Source: Hormiphora californensis (taxonomy: Eukaryota; Animalia; Ctenophora). Taken from it: a stretch of 64,000 nucleotides of DNA. The stretch spans positions 372,001 to 436,000 of the forward strand of contig CM035352.1 of assembly GCA_020137815.1 (NCBI GenBank), given 5' to 3'. The notes beneath the pieces were generated by a model. That model was not told the origin of the DNA. It did not search any database and saw only the letters and a program-made list of their open reading frames with translations. Below are positions 30,356-43,454 of this stretch, piece by piece. Position 1 is the stretch's first letter; the number at the start of each line of letters is the position of its first letter. A program made the position numbers and the translations under genes.

Positions 30356-31063
30356 ATGACTGTCAAGTTGGTCTACTGGGATAACATCCGAGGACTTGCT
30401 GAGCCATCCCACCTCCTTCTACAATATGTCGGAGAGCCCTTTGAGTACGAGAAACTGCCTCTGTCTAAGGAGGGGATGCAAAAGTGGCGTAATGAGGTTC
30501 GTTACACTGTGGGACTAAAGTTTGCAAACATGCCTTTCCTTGTCGACGGCGAAACCTATGTGACCCAGAGCCTGGCCATTCTAAGGTACCTTGCACGCAA
30601 GTTTGGACTCATGCCAAAATGTGAGGAGGAGCTAGTTAAGTGCGAGATGATAGAGCAAGAGATATCTGACCTCAAGTCCAGAATGAACAACACTTGCTAC
30701 GATCCCTTTATGGCTATACCTGGATTCCGACCAGGAAGTGAAACTGGTCTGTTTGATCACGAATTCCTAAAGAATCAACTCACAACACGTCTAGAGGAAA
30801 GAATCCCTATGTTCGATGAGTGGCTGAGTGGTGATGGCTTCTGTGTTGGTGATACCGTATGTTACGTTGATTTTCTTGTGTACGAGTTTCTAGACCAGCT
30901 TAGGAGGTTCCTTCCTTCTCCCTTTGAGGGTAAAGCCAAGGTTGCTGCTTTTATGAGCAAGGTGGAGGGACTGAAGGGAATAAGTGCGTACTTCTCTAGC
31001 GATGTTTACAAGGCTGGCCTTCACATTAATGGTCCATTGGCAAAGTGGACTGGAAAAGAGTAA
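30356..31063 (+). CDS. Glutathione S-transferase, mu-class-like, 235 aa, intronless
   Basis: N-terminal YWDNIRGLAEP with the catalytic Tyr, GLKFANMPFLVDG, TQSLAILRYLARK, and C-terminal GDTVCYVDFLVYEFLDQ. All are characteristic of mu-type cytosolic GSTs. Confidence 0.95.
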   Translation: MTVKLVYWDNIRGLAEPSHLLLQYVGEPFEYEKLPLSKEGMQKWRNEVRYTVGLKFANMPFLVDGETYVTQSLAILRYLARKFGLMPKCEEELVKCEMIEQEISDLKSRMNNTCYDPFMAIPGFRPGSETGLFDHEFLKNQLTTRLEERIPMFDEWLSGDGFCVGDTVCYVDFLVYEFLDQLRRFLPSPFEGKAKVAAFMSKVEGLKGISAYFSSDVYKAGLHINGPLAKWTGKE

Positions 31064-31077
31064 TATTGTAAAGTTAG

Positions 31078-33204
31078 TCACTGCGCTGGCAAGCGCAAAG
31101 GTGACCACCACCTCCCCCCAGCCGCGCGTGCCAGAAAGCAGTAATAAGTTTTTTCAGTTTTTAGCCAAAAATGGCATTTTGCGACGCACATAGCGAGGCC
31201 CCCACTGCACCAATCGGTCTGAAATTTGGTATACAGTGTCAAGTAGACTAGATCTACTGGAGTTTAAAAGGGCAAGTCTCTATCTCTTTTAGTTTTATAG
31301 TTATGACATGGTGAAAAAAGCAATAAATGTCCGTGTCTATATATATATATATATACATACATCACTGCGCTGGCAAGCGCAAAGGTTGCCATTCCCCCTC
31401 CCCCAAAAGCGCTGCCAGAAACGCAGTTATACGTTTTATGGGTGTTTGGCTGAAAAACCGGATTTCGAAAGGCTATAGCGTCGCTCCCTTTCATCGGATT
31501 CACTTAAAATTTGGAATGTATACCCGGCTTGGGGTCCTTTACTTAAGTTTAAAATTTCAAGTCTCTATCTCATCTGGGACGGAAGTTACAGACTGGTCCC
31601 ATTTGCTGAAGATTCAGTGTAACGGACACGCGCGTACGCGCGCGCATAGGAGAGACGCTTTTTCTGAGCACGGTTCTGAACAAACAGAAAGAGATAGAGA
31701 CTTCTCGTTTTCACTAGCTAGTAGATCTACTCAATCATTGTGTTATTAGCGGGGTGAGGCTTTCAATCATCCCCAGGAACGTCCTACAGAACGTCTTAAA
31801 GTCGTCATTTTTCAGACTCTGACCGAACTTCTTTGAGCTCAATTTACACCCTTAAGACGGATTCTAATCGAAAAACGAAGACTATATCATGGAAAGAGAA
31901 TTGTCTAAACTTTCAAAAACTGTATAGCGAATTTTCAAAACTGCATGTTTAAGGGTCTTAAAACGCGTCTGAAGTGTTATGACTGTTTAAAAATAGATAT
32001 AACGATATGGGTTTTTTCGCCATAGCGATCTCAAATCGTATCCAATCGATCTCAAACTTGGTCAGTTTCTTCATCTAGGTAATCCCGATGATATGACGTC
32101 GTAATTATGACGTTGTAATTATGACGTCATTTTATGACGTCAAAATGACGTCAAAAATGAAATTTTCTCAATTTCGCGATTCCATCCTCTCTGTACCTGT
32201 TCTACTACATCTAAATGGATAAAAATCCCAAAAATAATGCAAATTATACCAAAACTAATTAAAATTAGTAGGCCGGAAAGGTTGCCCTATGATTTGAGCT
32301 ACCTTTGGCACCAGTACATTCCCTTTTGAAGATAGAGTAAGCATCTGCCATACCCTGTCTGTACCCCGTGAATGTTACGGTGGAAAAGATAGCTCAAATC
32401 ATAGGGCAACCTTTCCGGCCTACTAATTTTAATTAGTTTTGGTATAATACATACATACATACATATAGACGCTTTTTTACACAATTTGCAGACAATTTTC
32501 TGGAAAAACTACAAGAGATAGACACTTCTCGTTTGTTGCATTCGAAAGATAATCGTTTGAATTGTGTTATTGGAGGGTTTTCATGTTCTATGTCTTACCA
32601 GAACGTCCTTAAAAACTGTCATAAAGTTAAGATATTTTTCAAATCGACCAAATTTCTTTGAGCTCAATTTACTCCCTGAAGACGGCTTCTGATTGAAAAT
32701 TGGAGACCACACTTACGAAAGATAATCGTCTAAACTTTCAGAAACTATATCGCGAATTTGTGAAACTCTATTTCCAAGGGTCTTAAATCGCGTCTGAAGT
32801 TTTAAGACTGTATGAAAATAGATATGACGATAGTGCGTTTTTCGCCATAGCGACCTCAAATCTTGTCCAATCGATCTCAAACTTGGTCAGCATCTTTATC
32901 TAGATGAGCCTGATAATAATTGTTCACTAACAAGACGTTATAACGTCGTGACGTCACACTATGACGTCAAAATGACGTCAAAATTTAAATTTTCGTATTT
33001 TAGCGATTTCTGACGGTCTTTACAAGTTCTGCTACGTCCAGACATGTCTTACATCGTATTTCACATCAGAAAATACCAAAAATATACCTAAATTATGCCA
33101 AAAACTAACAGAAATTAGTTGGCTGGAAAGGTGACCACTTTTATTGTCAAACTTACACCTTTGCCCGGCCCGGGTTACGGAAATAGAGGGAAAGGGAGAG
33201 AGAA

Positions 33205-33286
<82 letters not shown>

Positions 33287-33397
33287 AAGTGAGAGGGAAA
33301 TATAATGATGAAAAAACCCGGAGAGGGCAAAGGTGTAAGTTTGACAATAAAAGTGGTCACCTTTCCAGCCAACTAATTTCTGTTAGTTTTTGGCATA
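31078..33397 (-). mobile_element. Helentron/DINE-1-like element, family A (copy A2), inserted 14 bp after the GST stop
   Basis: Essentially identical to 28538-29796 once the nested B copy is removed. Confidence 0.75.
31362..32447 (-). mobile_element. Helentron/DINE-1-like element, family B, nested in A2
   Basis: Hairpin plus subTIR AAAGGTTGCC, with a matching inverted repeat at about 32243-32447. Splits the (CATA)n tract that is intact in A1. Confidence 0.75.
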
Positions 33398-33611
33398 TAA
33401 AAATGAGTTTAAAAGACTTTTTCAAAACAATTTTCCTGACTGGTACCAAAACAAAATCCAAATATTTTACACATTATAAGACATATATTATATATTTCTT
33501 TTCGCTATTTACACGTAACACACAGTGGGTAACTCACACCATAACACCATAACTCACACCATTAACACATGTGTGTCTTCTTGGATAACGTCCAATAACA
33601 CTAACATTGAT

Positions 33612-35739
<2,128 letters not shown>

Positions 35740-36308
35740 ATCACACCATCAGCTATCAAGGCAGGGGTGTTTTGTTAAGGTGCTTTCAGTGAAGTGTCCG
35801 GTTGATAGGGGGTTCACAGAGAATACATAATATACAATGCCGGTTTTTACCCGGTTTTTACCCGCTGGGGACTGAGTGAGCTGTGAGTGGCTCAGGCCTG
35901 ATCAGGTCTACATCTGATAAAGACGACTTTGAGACCAATCAAATTGCAGATGGATTAAGCTTTAACCGCTTTTACATAAGAATATAATGAGTTGTTGCAA
36001 TTTAATACAATCTTGTAACTTGTAAGACGATTTATTTTGGGAAATGAATAAACTAATTTTAATTCTTTACTAATTGGCCAAGACCCAAATTTGGGATATT
36101 TTACATATAATAATATGTAATATTTCTTTCATTGCATTTGACTGTCCCATACATACACTAACTCATGAGGCCTTACACTCCTTACATTGGCACATTGTTT
36201 GTGAATGGCTTACACTAAATTATTTGCTTCAGGGGAAGATCGTTAATTGAGCGTGTGTTAGCTAAGTTTTGTGTCTACCAGGGCTGAACAATTTCTGGTC
36301 CTTGCATT
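35740..36308. promoter_or_regulatory. Probable bidirectional promoter region between RAB28 and the receptor gene
   Basis: Divergent start codons separated by only 569 bp. No specific motifs claimed. Confidence 0.5.
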
Positions 36309-39300
36309 ATGCAAAAACTATTGTTTTGCTTTGTTATTTTAATTTCAAAGGTTTTTCTTGTAACTGCGGCAACATGTAGTATTGGTAAGTGACTGTAACA
36401 TTTCACACAATTGACAGTAATTGTTGGAACATTTCTAATTTTTCTGATGCTCTATCGTAGGTAGCTTTGTGGCTAGTGTAAACGATGTGGCCCTCTCGAC
36501 AACTACAGAGTACAGTGTCGGGGATGTTGTCACGCTCACCTGCAAGAGCTCTAGTACCACATGCCTTGGAATGCTTCGGCTGTCCGGGACAGAACTGAAT
36601 AATGACTACTTTGAAATCAGTTAGTTAATCATCGAAAACTTTTTTAGTTTGAAGACGTTTTCTGTCAAGGATATATTTCCGAGAATTCCATTATTCCTTT
36701 TAAATACATTTTACATTTTAGATACGGCGATAATAACACAGAAAATAGAACTAAAGACCTCAGGGAAACATGTGTACGAATGTAGTTTTCAAGATACCGA
36801 CAACAACTTATATGGTCCAAAGACGTTGAGCTTGAAAGTGAAAAAGGGTACGATCATCTCACCATCATCTCACTCAACTCGCAAACACAGACCACGTGAG
36901 TGAAGAAATACCAATCATAACCACTAACTAGCAAGCATCTCCATATTCCGCAGACGACTGTTCCGAAGACACGGGAAAGATGGTGGTGAAGTGGCAGGGG
37001 AAAACAACTTACACAATCAATTGTAAATGGGAATGTTTCGCTACTGCTGAGATAATTGTTGAAGACAGAGTAATAGCTTCGACAACGGACGTTGGTGGAA
37101 ATTTTAGTGTTGATGTAGAGTTGGACGAAACTAAGATGTATGAAGTTCAATGCAAGTTGACCAGCGCTGACTCTACGTGAGTATACTATATTTGAGTTGG
37201 CATGAGTCAGGCATGTAAAGTTGGATTTTTTGAAGTTGTCACCCCCCCCCCCACTTATTGTGTGCTCGTTTTTTTGTGTCACATCACATGTTAACGTGCG
37301 GTTGGCACGTCAAAATTGATAAATTTCACATGCGTGTGCATTTGGTGACAACTTCACTTTAGGGGAAGTTTTGAAAGTATGTAGTGGGGCCAATTTTTGG
37401 CCAATTTTTTGGTCAAGTGATATGACACGTCTCGACTTTTCTATTGCAAGTTTGTATGCATTAGGCGGAGCGATAGTGGAGCCCGAGAAAATTTTTCTGC
37501 TTTTTAAGCCAAAAACTACCAAATCACGTGACCATTTAACTAACATGAATTAGTAATGTCATAGAACACGGAATATGGACATCATCACTAGTTGGTATTA
37601 ATTGAATGGTCACGTGACTTGGCAGAGCTCAAAACATTACCACAATCCACACATTTAGGTGGGACAGCCAGGCTATTTTACCTACTCCTTCAATGATCCC
37701 AATTCCCAATGATTCCCACCAATTACCACAGAGTTTCAAAAGAATAATTGACATGCCACTGCTACTTTAAGCCTATCATCAACTTCAGGTCGACAACTAC
37801 CAGCATGACAGTTGACAACAATCCATGTTTGATCAACCCGATCTTGGCTGTCGAAGAGCTGACAACACATGTAGCCTACATCAACCAGACGTGAGTGATC
37901 CTGTTGTTTAATGCAATCAAAAAAGCATAGTAAGTCGACTCGGATAAATGCATACTTCTCGGTGTTGATATTAATCACCGTTAACGCGTTTTGGTAAACT
38001 TGTCCGTTTCAGCCACATTCCTTTCGGTACAGATTTCTTTGCAGCCACCTCAAGGCAATAACAATCAGATTGTGTTTTAGTGTATGCACTATGCAGTGAC
38101 TGCATAGTGCATGCACTCGTGCCACTTTCGGAGCTCTCGAAAAATTCAATTCACAGCTTGGTGATTGGTCGACTAAGTCGGGACCGGGATTGAAACCCTG
38201 GACCTTCTGTATGCGATACGAGCAGCTAACCATTATATTATATTTCATTATATCACAGGTACGTTGTCAACTGTGTTAGTTCCTGCACAGATGGCACACT
38301 CATCCTCGCCCGGTCATTGAACGGAGGCCCTTTCACAACAGTGAGGAAATTAGAAAACCAGGCAAGCATGAGTGTCACCTTAACAACTGGTACTGATTCA
38401 AATGTGGTGAGCCTCCGTTGTGAGACCGAACCCCCAGAAGGATCCTCTAAATCAACTAAATCTAACAGTGAGTAAAATTGTGGAACACAGAAGCGTAACC
38501 AGCGGCATATCTCAACAATATAACTGATTCAAAGCACATAATAGGAGAAATAACATGCACTAATTGTTAGTTGTAACAGCAGAAGTCCGTTGTTTGCCTG
38601 GCCAAGAGAGCAGTGATTGTGGCACCAAGTGTGGCAGTGTCCTGTGCAGCTTTGCAGAGGGAGTCAACAGTTGGTGCTTGGGACAGTCTGAATGCGTGTC
38701 TAAGTGCAGATGCCCTTCCACCACACCCTATTGGAGCGGCAGTTTAGTAAATCATGAAGGTATGAATTAGACAAAGATTATAGTGTAGCGGGTCGCCCGG
38801 CAGGGTGATTCGCTACACTATACAATAAACTGCCCGACCAATGGTTGTATATGTAATATGGTATAAAATTCGAGCAAAGGTAGGGGTTTATATATTTTAC
38901 AAAAAAATTAACTGTCCTTATCAGGTGAATGCGTGGCTGAGTGCGATACTGGTTCAGATGTGTTAGGAATGGCGACCTGGGCAATTCTTTGCATCGTAGT
39001 TGGGATCCTCCTCTTGCTACTAGTCCTCCTTTTTTGTGTCTATAAGGTTGGAAAGTGCTTACTTAGCAAGCCAAATGAGAGACCTATTATTAAAAAACCC
39101 TCTAAGAAGATGCCACCGCCCACTCAAATGGAGGTTGTTAAAGAAGATCCCATATACGAGTCCGATGTGGAGTATGCAGGAGAAAACAACGTGTATATGG
39201 AGGCTGATGAGACCATTGGAGAGAGGTACCACCGAGTTGCTTCTATGTTCGCTCCTCCAGTTATTGCCTCTGCACCCCCTAAAAACGATATTTACCAAGA

Positions 39301-39469
39301 TCCAGTGGAGAGTTTTCAGCTTGGGGACTCTCCAACGGGGATACAGCCAGCTTATGACAATATTGGAGATGTGAGGCAGATAAGCGGAGGGAGAACTGAT
39401 TCCATGATAATAATAAACAAAAATTCAGTAGATGATGGCGGAAACTTGTATGAAAATCAGAGAGTATAG
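36309..39469 (+). CDS. Type I membrane receptor: signal peptide, three Ig-like repeats, TIL domain, TM helix, Tyr-rich tail (about 558 aa, 8 exons)
   Basis: Exons 36309-36384, 36461-36619, 36722-36895, 36954-37176, 37789-37890, 38259-38467, 38571-38759 and 38925-39469 are all GT-AG and phase-consistent (1677 nt). Motifs VGDVVTLTC...VYEC, a 10-Cys TIL pattern, and TM WAILCIVVGILLLLLVLLFCV. Confidence 0.8.
37997..38240 (-). mobile_element. tRNA-derived SINE in intron 5 of the receptor gene
   Basis: A-box-like TAATGGTTAGC and B-box-like GGTTTCAATCCC on the minus strand. Core shared with the element at about 62195-62475. Confidence 0.6.
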
Positions 39470-39799
39470 TTTTAGATTTTAAGAGGCTATTTAGTATATG
39501 AAGAGTTGTAAGATCACCCATACTGCAGATGCGGCCCATAGTGGATTATGTGTTTACATTTATGTGTGTATTTTTAGACACATGCTGTGAAATTAATTAT
39601 ATTATATTTACATTATAAATGGTGTCAGTCTCGCAGACCTTTCTTATTCGCTTCACGGTTCACCCAATCTAAGTTGGAATTCCATTCTGACTTCTAAGTT
39701 TTATACTGTATTGATTTCCATTGCTGTCCTTGCTAATGCTGCTACAAGAGACCTTATGAAACATGCTCTCAGTAATACGAATCTTATAAGAGTTCTCAA

Positions 39800-40700
39800 T
39801 GGCTCACTATCTCACTAGTCGCTTATACAATCCAATATTAGATATGCATTATAATGTGTCTGGGGGTCGTCCAATAACAAGCTTCTGCCTCTATTCAAGC
39901 TCCAGAAGGATGCTGTTCGTATTCTCTATAACATGACAAGTATGCTAAGCCTCACACCAAACCAACTTTTGCTTCCGAGTCACTGCTGACGGTTTACTCA
40001 CTCTATACTCTCTCGGTACTTTTTGAAATGTTTTATTACTACAGTATCAATTCACCTAGCAGTCCAACTTATATTGTCAAGTTCTACACTAGAAATGAGT
40101 GTCTTGCTCTGGCTTCTGCTGGTACACGCATATACCTTGACAATAATTTCATATTTACTGGGCCTCGGTTTTGGAACACGGCGTTAAAAGACAAAACTTA
40201 TTTTAGTTCTACATCGTGTTTCTTCTCGCCCCACTCTTTCAAATCAGCTTCAGAACTCTGGTCCTGATATTGAATGGATCTGTTTAAACACATCTCTCCT
40301 GAGCAATTGATTACCCACTGCCCCCCCCTCCTTTCCTTGTATCCTATAATCCAACCTGTCCCCACCATATCCCATAATCCAACTTATCCTATAACCCGAC
40401 ATATTTATCATGAGCAGTTGATTCCCCCTCTCCTCTCACCTCTCCTCTTACCTCCACTAACTTCTCTTCTTTCCCATATGCGCTATATGGCACAATGGCC
40501 CGTCTAGCATGGAGCAACCTATGTGGACTTCTTCTACAACCAGTCTATACCTGTCCCCCAAGCTTGTGGCACTGAATAGGAACTCTCAGTTTAATTGACT
40601 CCCTAGAACTTTGTCAGTGCCTCGCAAGGGACAGTTTGGAACTGATATATGTGTGCGCTAGAGTTTCTATGTTACATGTTTCCTACGCTGTTTATGTGTT
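39800..40700 (+). pseudogene. Degenerate 3' fragment of a CR1-group LINE ORF2 plus 3' UTR
   Basis: Broken frames read VWG...LFKLQKDAVRIL...HTKPTF...LLTVYSLY...FIFTGPRFWN, typical of the post-RT region. Confidence 0.55.
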
Positions 40701-40745
40701 AGCTGCGTGTGCATCCTTATTTTGTGTTCCACATATCTATTTATT

Positions 40746-41810
40746 TCAAATCAAATCAAATCAAATATACTCTTCCTCTGTTCTACGCACCACTATCACT
40801 ATACATGAAAGTAAATGGCGCACCAGTTACAGATTGATACCCTGATATCAGGGGACGTTCCCTGATATTAGGGCACGCGTTCCTGATGGCCGGGCATGCA
40901 GAATGTTCTGTGGGAACCATGCGACATTGCCGCGCGTCACGTAAAATGAATGGAAAGTAGATCTCTACGCGCACGTCAGCACTCACTTGCTTCCCGACCA
41001 TCAGCTTGGGAACTGATGCATGGGAATCTCTAACTGGTGCCATAGTCATATAGCAAGACTTATCTCATGTTGTACAACTCGCCGATCTCGTTCCACTGAA
41101 TCATAAGTGGTTACTGATCTATCTTTAGTGCCCAGGCAGCCATCCGTCGTGCTTGTGATGAAATCTTCGTTATATGTTCTGTCCAGGAGCCATTGTTTGA
41201 GAGAGTGATGTCAAGGTCTTTCACTGTACCCGTTGGCTGTATTTCGTTATCACCTGGAGTCCCATGTATGGGCGTAACTCATGAGTGAAAGAAGTTTTCT
41301 GAGAAGGGATGTTCTGTTCAGAGTGTATAAGTGGATGACGTGATGAAGTGGCATACACTTGGCTAAAGACCACACCACCACACGCTTGCATTTCTGCTCC
41401 TGATTCTTCCGAGTCGACGCTCTTTTGGAGCTTGGTTTCATCCGCAAAGGATTTAAATTTGCTGTGGATTACTTGGCGTTGGAGATCAGCTACGTAGATG
41501 ATAAAAGGGATTGGTCCAAGTACGGTCCCTTGAGGTACCCCACTTTTGACAAGCTCGAAGTTCGATTTTTCTCCTTCAACAGTTACTGTTTGGTACTGTT
41601 TGGTACAGAAAGGAAGTCTTTTATTCAAATTAGTACTTTCCCTTTAATTCCTAGCTTTTCCAGCTTGGCAAGAAGAATGGCATGGTGTCAACTTGACACG
41701 GTCAAAGGCTTTGGAATTATAGTCCAAATAGATTACATCGACTTCGTTCCCGCTGTTTGTAAGCTCTCGAAAGATTCTGTCCATGTGATCAAGTAACTGT
41801 GTGAGGCAGC
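40746..41810 (-). pseudogene. Deleted CR1-like LINE RT fragment (also at about 43728-44791 and 46993-48057)
   Basis: Minus-strand CLTQLLDH...VDVIYLDY..KAFD and SGVPQGTVLGPIPFIIYVADL...FADETKL with frameshifts. (ATTTG)n tail at 40746-40766. Confidence 0.8.
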
Positions 41811-41977
41811 TGTCATACTACAATCTTCTTCTTCAAAATTAACCACCACGGGTACGGACTAAATTTCCTTTGATCACCCCTATTCGTGAGTAAACATGCT
41901 CTCAGTAATAAGAATTCTCAAATGGCTCACTATCTCTTCGCCTGTCCCACGAACCACTATCCCTGTCACTTTCCCAG

Positions 41978-43454
41978 CGTACAAAACAGCATTTTCATGG
42001 GATGTGCCCCTAGTCCCATAGCAGCAGTGGTGAGAGTTTTTATGTTCGAGAGAGCCACCCTCTACACCGACGTATCGTACTTGCCTATTCTATATGGGCG
42101 GTACATTGATGATGCCTGTACCGTATGTTATACGAGAGAGGAGGCAGTGTGTTTCTTTGATAAGATAGGTGAGCAGGATCCGGACCATCTTATCAAATGG
42201 GAGGTTGACTTTCCAGAGGGTGATGACTTTGTACCTTTCTTGGGTACTAACATCCGGGTCACCGAATCTGGGGAGGTGCAGACGCGTTTCTACCGCAAGG
42301 AGGCTCGCAAGAATATCACACTGCACGCGAACAGTCACCACCCTATTTCCACTAAAATCCAAACTGTCCGTAATTTCTACGCCACAGCGAGGCTAAGTGC
42401 ATCAGATTCGGAACAAGAGGAGGCATCCCTGAGAATAGTGGACAACCTGCTGATTGCTAATGGGTACCAGAACCCTCGTCAGTTCGCACAACAACAGAGC
42501 TGTCGTTTGTACCAGGGTCAGAAGCAGCAGGTGGAGGACTGTGTTATTTTGAAACTGCCTTACATCTCTGAATCATTTTCATTATCGATCATTATCGGCC
42601 CCTTGACAATGGAGCAGCTTACTGTGGGGGGAGATCATGTAAAATATGTCCACGGCTAGAGGGGGAGAGGAACTGCCAGGTGACTGCTCCAGTATACCGG
42701 ATTACCTGTAACATCTGTAAAGAGATCTACATCGGGGAAACGGGGAGAACAGCTAAAGACCGCTTTGGAGAACATCTCCGGTATGCCACCTCCCCTACGT
42801 TGAAATCTTACTCGGAGATGGCACTCGCAGTGCACTATAAACAGTTTCATAATAAGACAGTACCTGATTTGATTTTTGAGATTATTACAACAGAGTCACG
42901 TATCTTATATAGAAAGATTATAGAAGCATATTATATTAACAGAGAGAAGCCTACTATTAATTTAAAAGAAGAGTTGACTGATCTATCTAGATTCCTTATT
43001 TCTTAATATTATCCGTTTTTAGTATTTTCTAACGGCCATATTGGTCATCGAGTATTTTTAGCTAGATATCTTTTTGAGCAGTCGCGTGATTCCTATCTTA
43101 TTTCACTATCTGATCTTATTTCTTTACTATTTAAACCCCGTTTATTTCCTAGTCTTTACTTTTTGTTTTATAATTTTTCCAGTCCCGTGTGTAGTTTTTC
43201 AACTTTTTACTATTTCACTAAATTAGCTTAGCTTTAGAATTTTCCAGTAATTTTTATTTTACGATTGGTATGTGTACAGTTTTTCTAACATGTGTATTCC
43301 GTATATTATAGCCTGAAGATGGTGCTGTGCACCGAAATGTATAGCGTTATTCTACAATAAAATCTACGTCTACTCATTTGTCCAGCCGGAAGGAGAAAAC
43401 AAAACTTCCTCACAGCATTTTTGAGTATAAATTGTTAGTTTTGGACGCTGGGAT
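41978..43454 (+). mobile_element. 5'-truncated Penelope-like element (RT + GIY-YIG), copy 1, with frameshifting deletion
   Basis: QNSIFMGCAPSP, GRYIDD and PFLG RT motifs, the GIY-YIG signature VYRITCNICKEIYIGET, and an AT-rich pLTR with a hammerhead-like motif. Confidence 0.9.
43304..43359 (+). ncRNA. Hammerhead ribozyme-like motif in the Penelope pLTR (also at about 46569-46624 and 49915-49970)
   Basis: TATTATAG-C-CTGAAGA-T-GGTGC-TGT-GCACC-GAAA-TGTATAGCGTTA-TT-CTACAATA. Core and stem II are clear, stem III is weak and stem I is imperfect. Confidence 0.6.

Noticed and set aside
41425-41796. 123-aa plus-strand ORF present in all three units
   Set aside because: Antisense shadow of the minus-strand LINE RT fragment.
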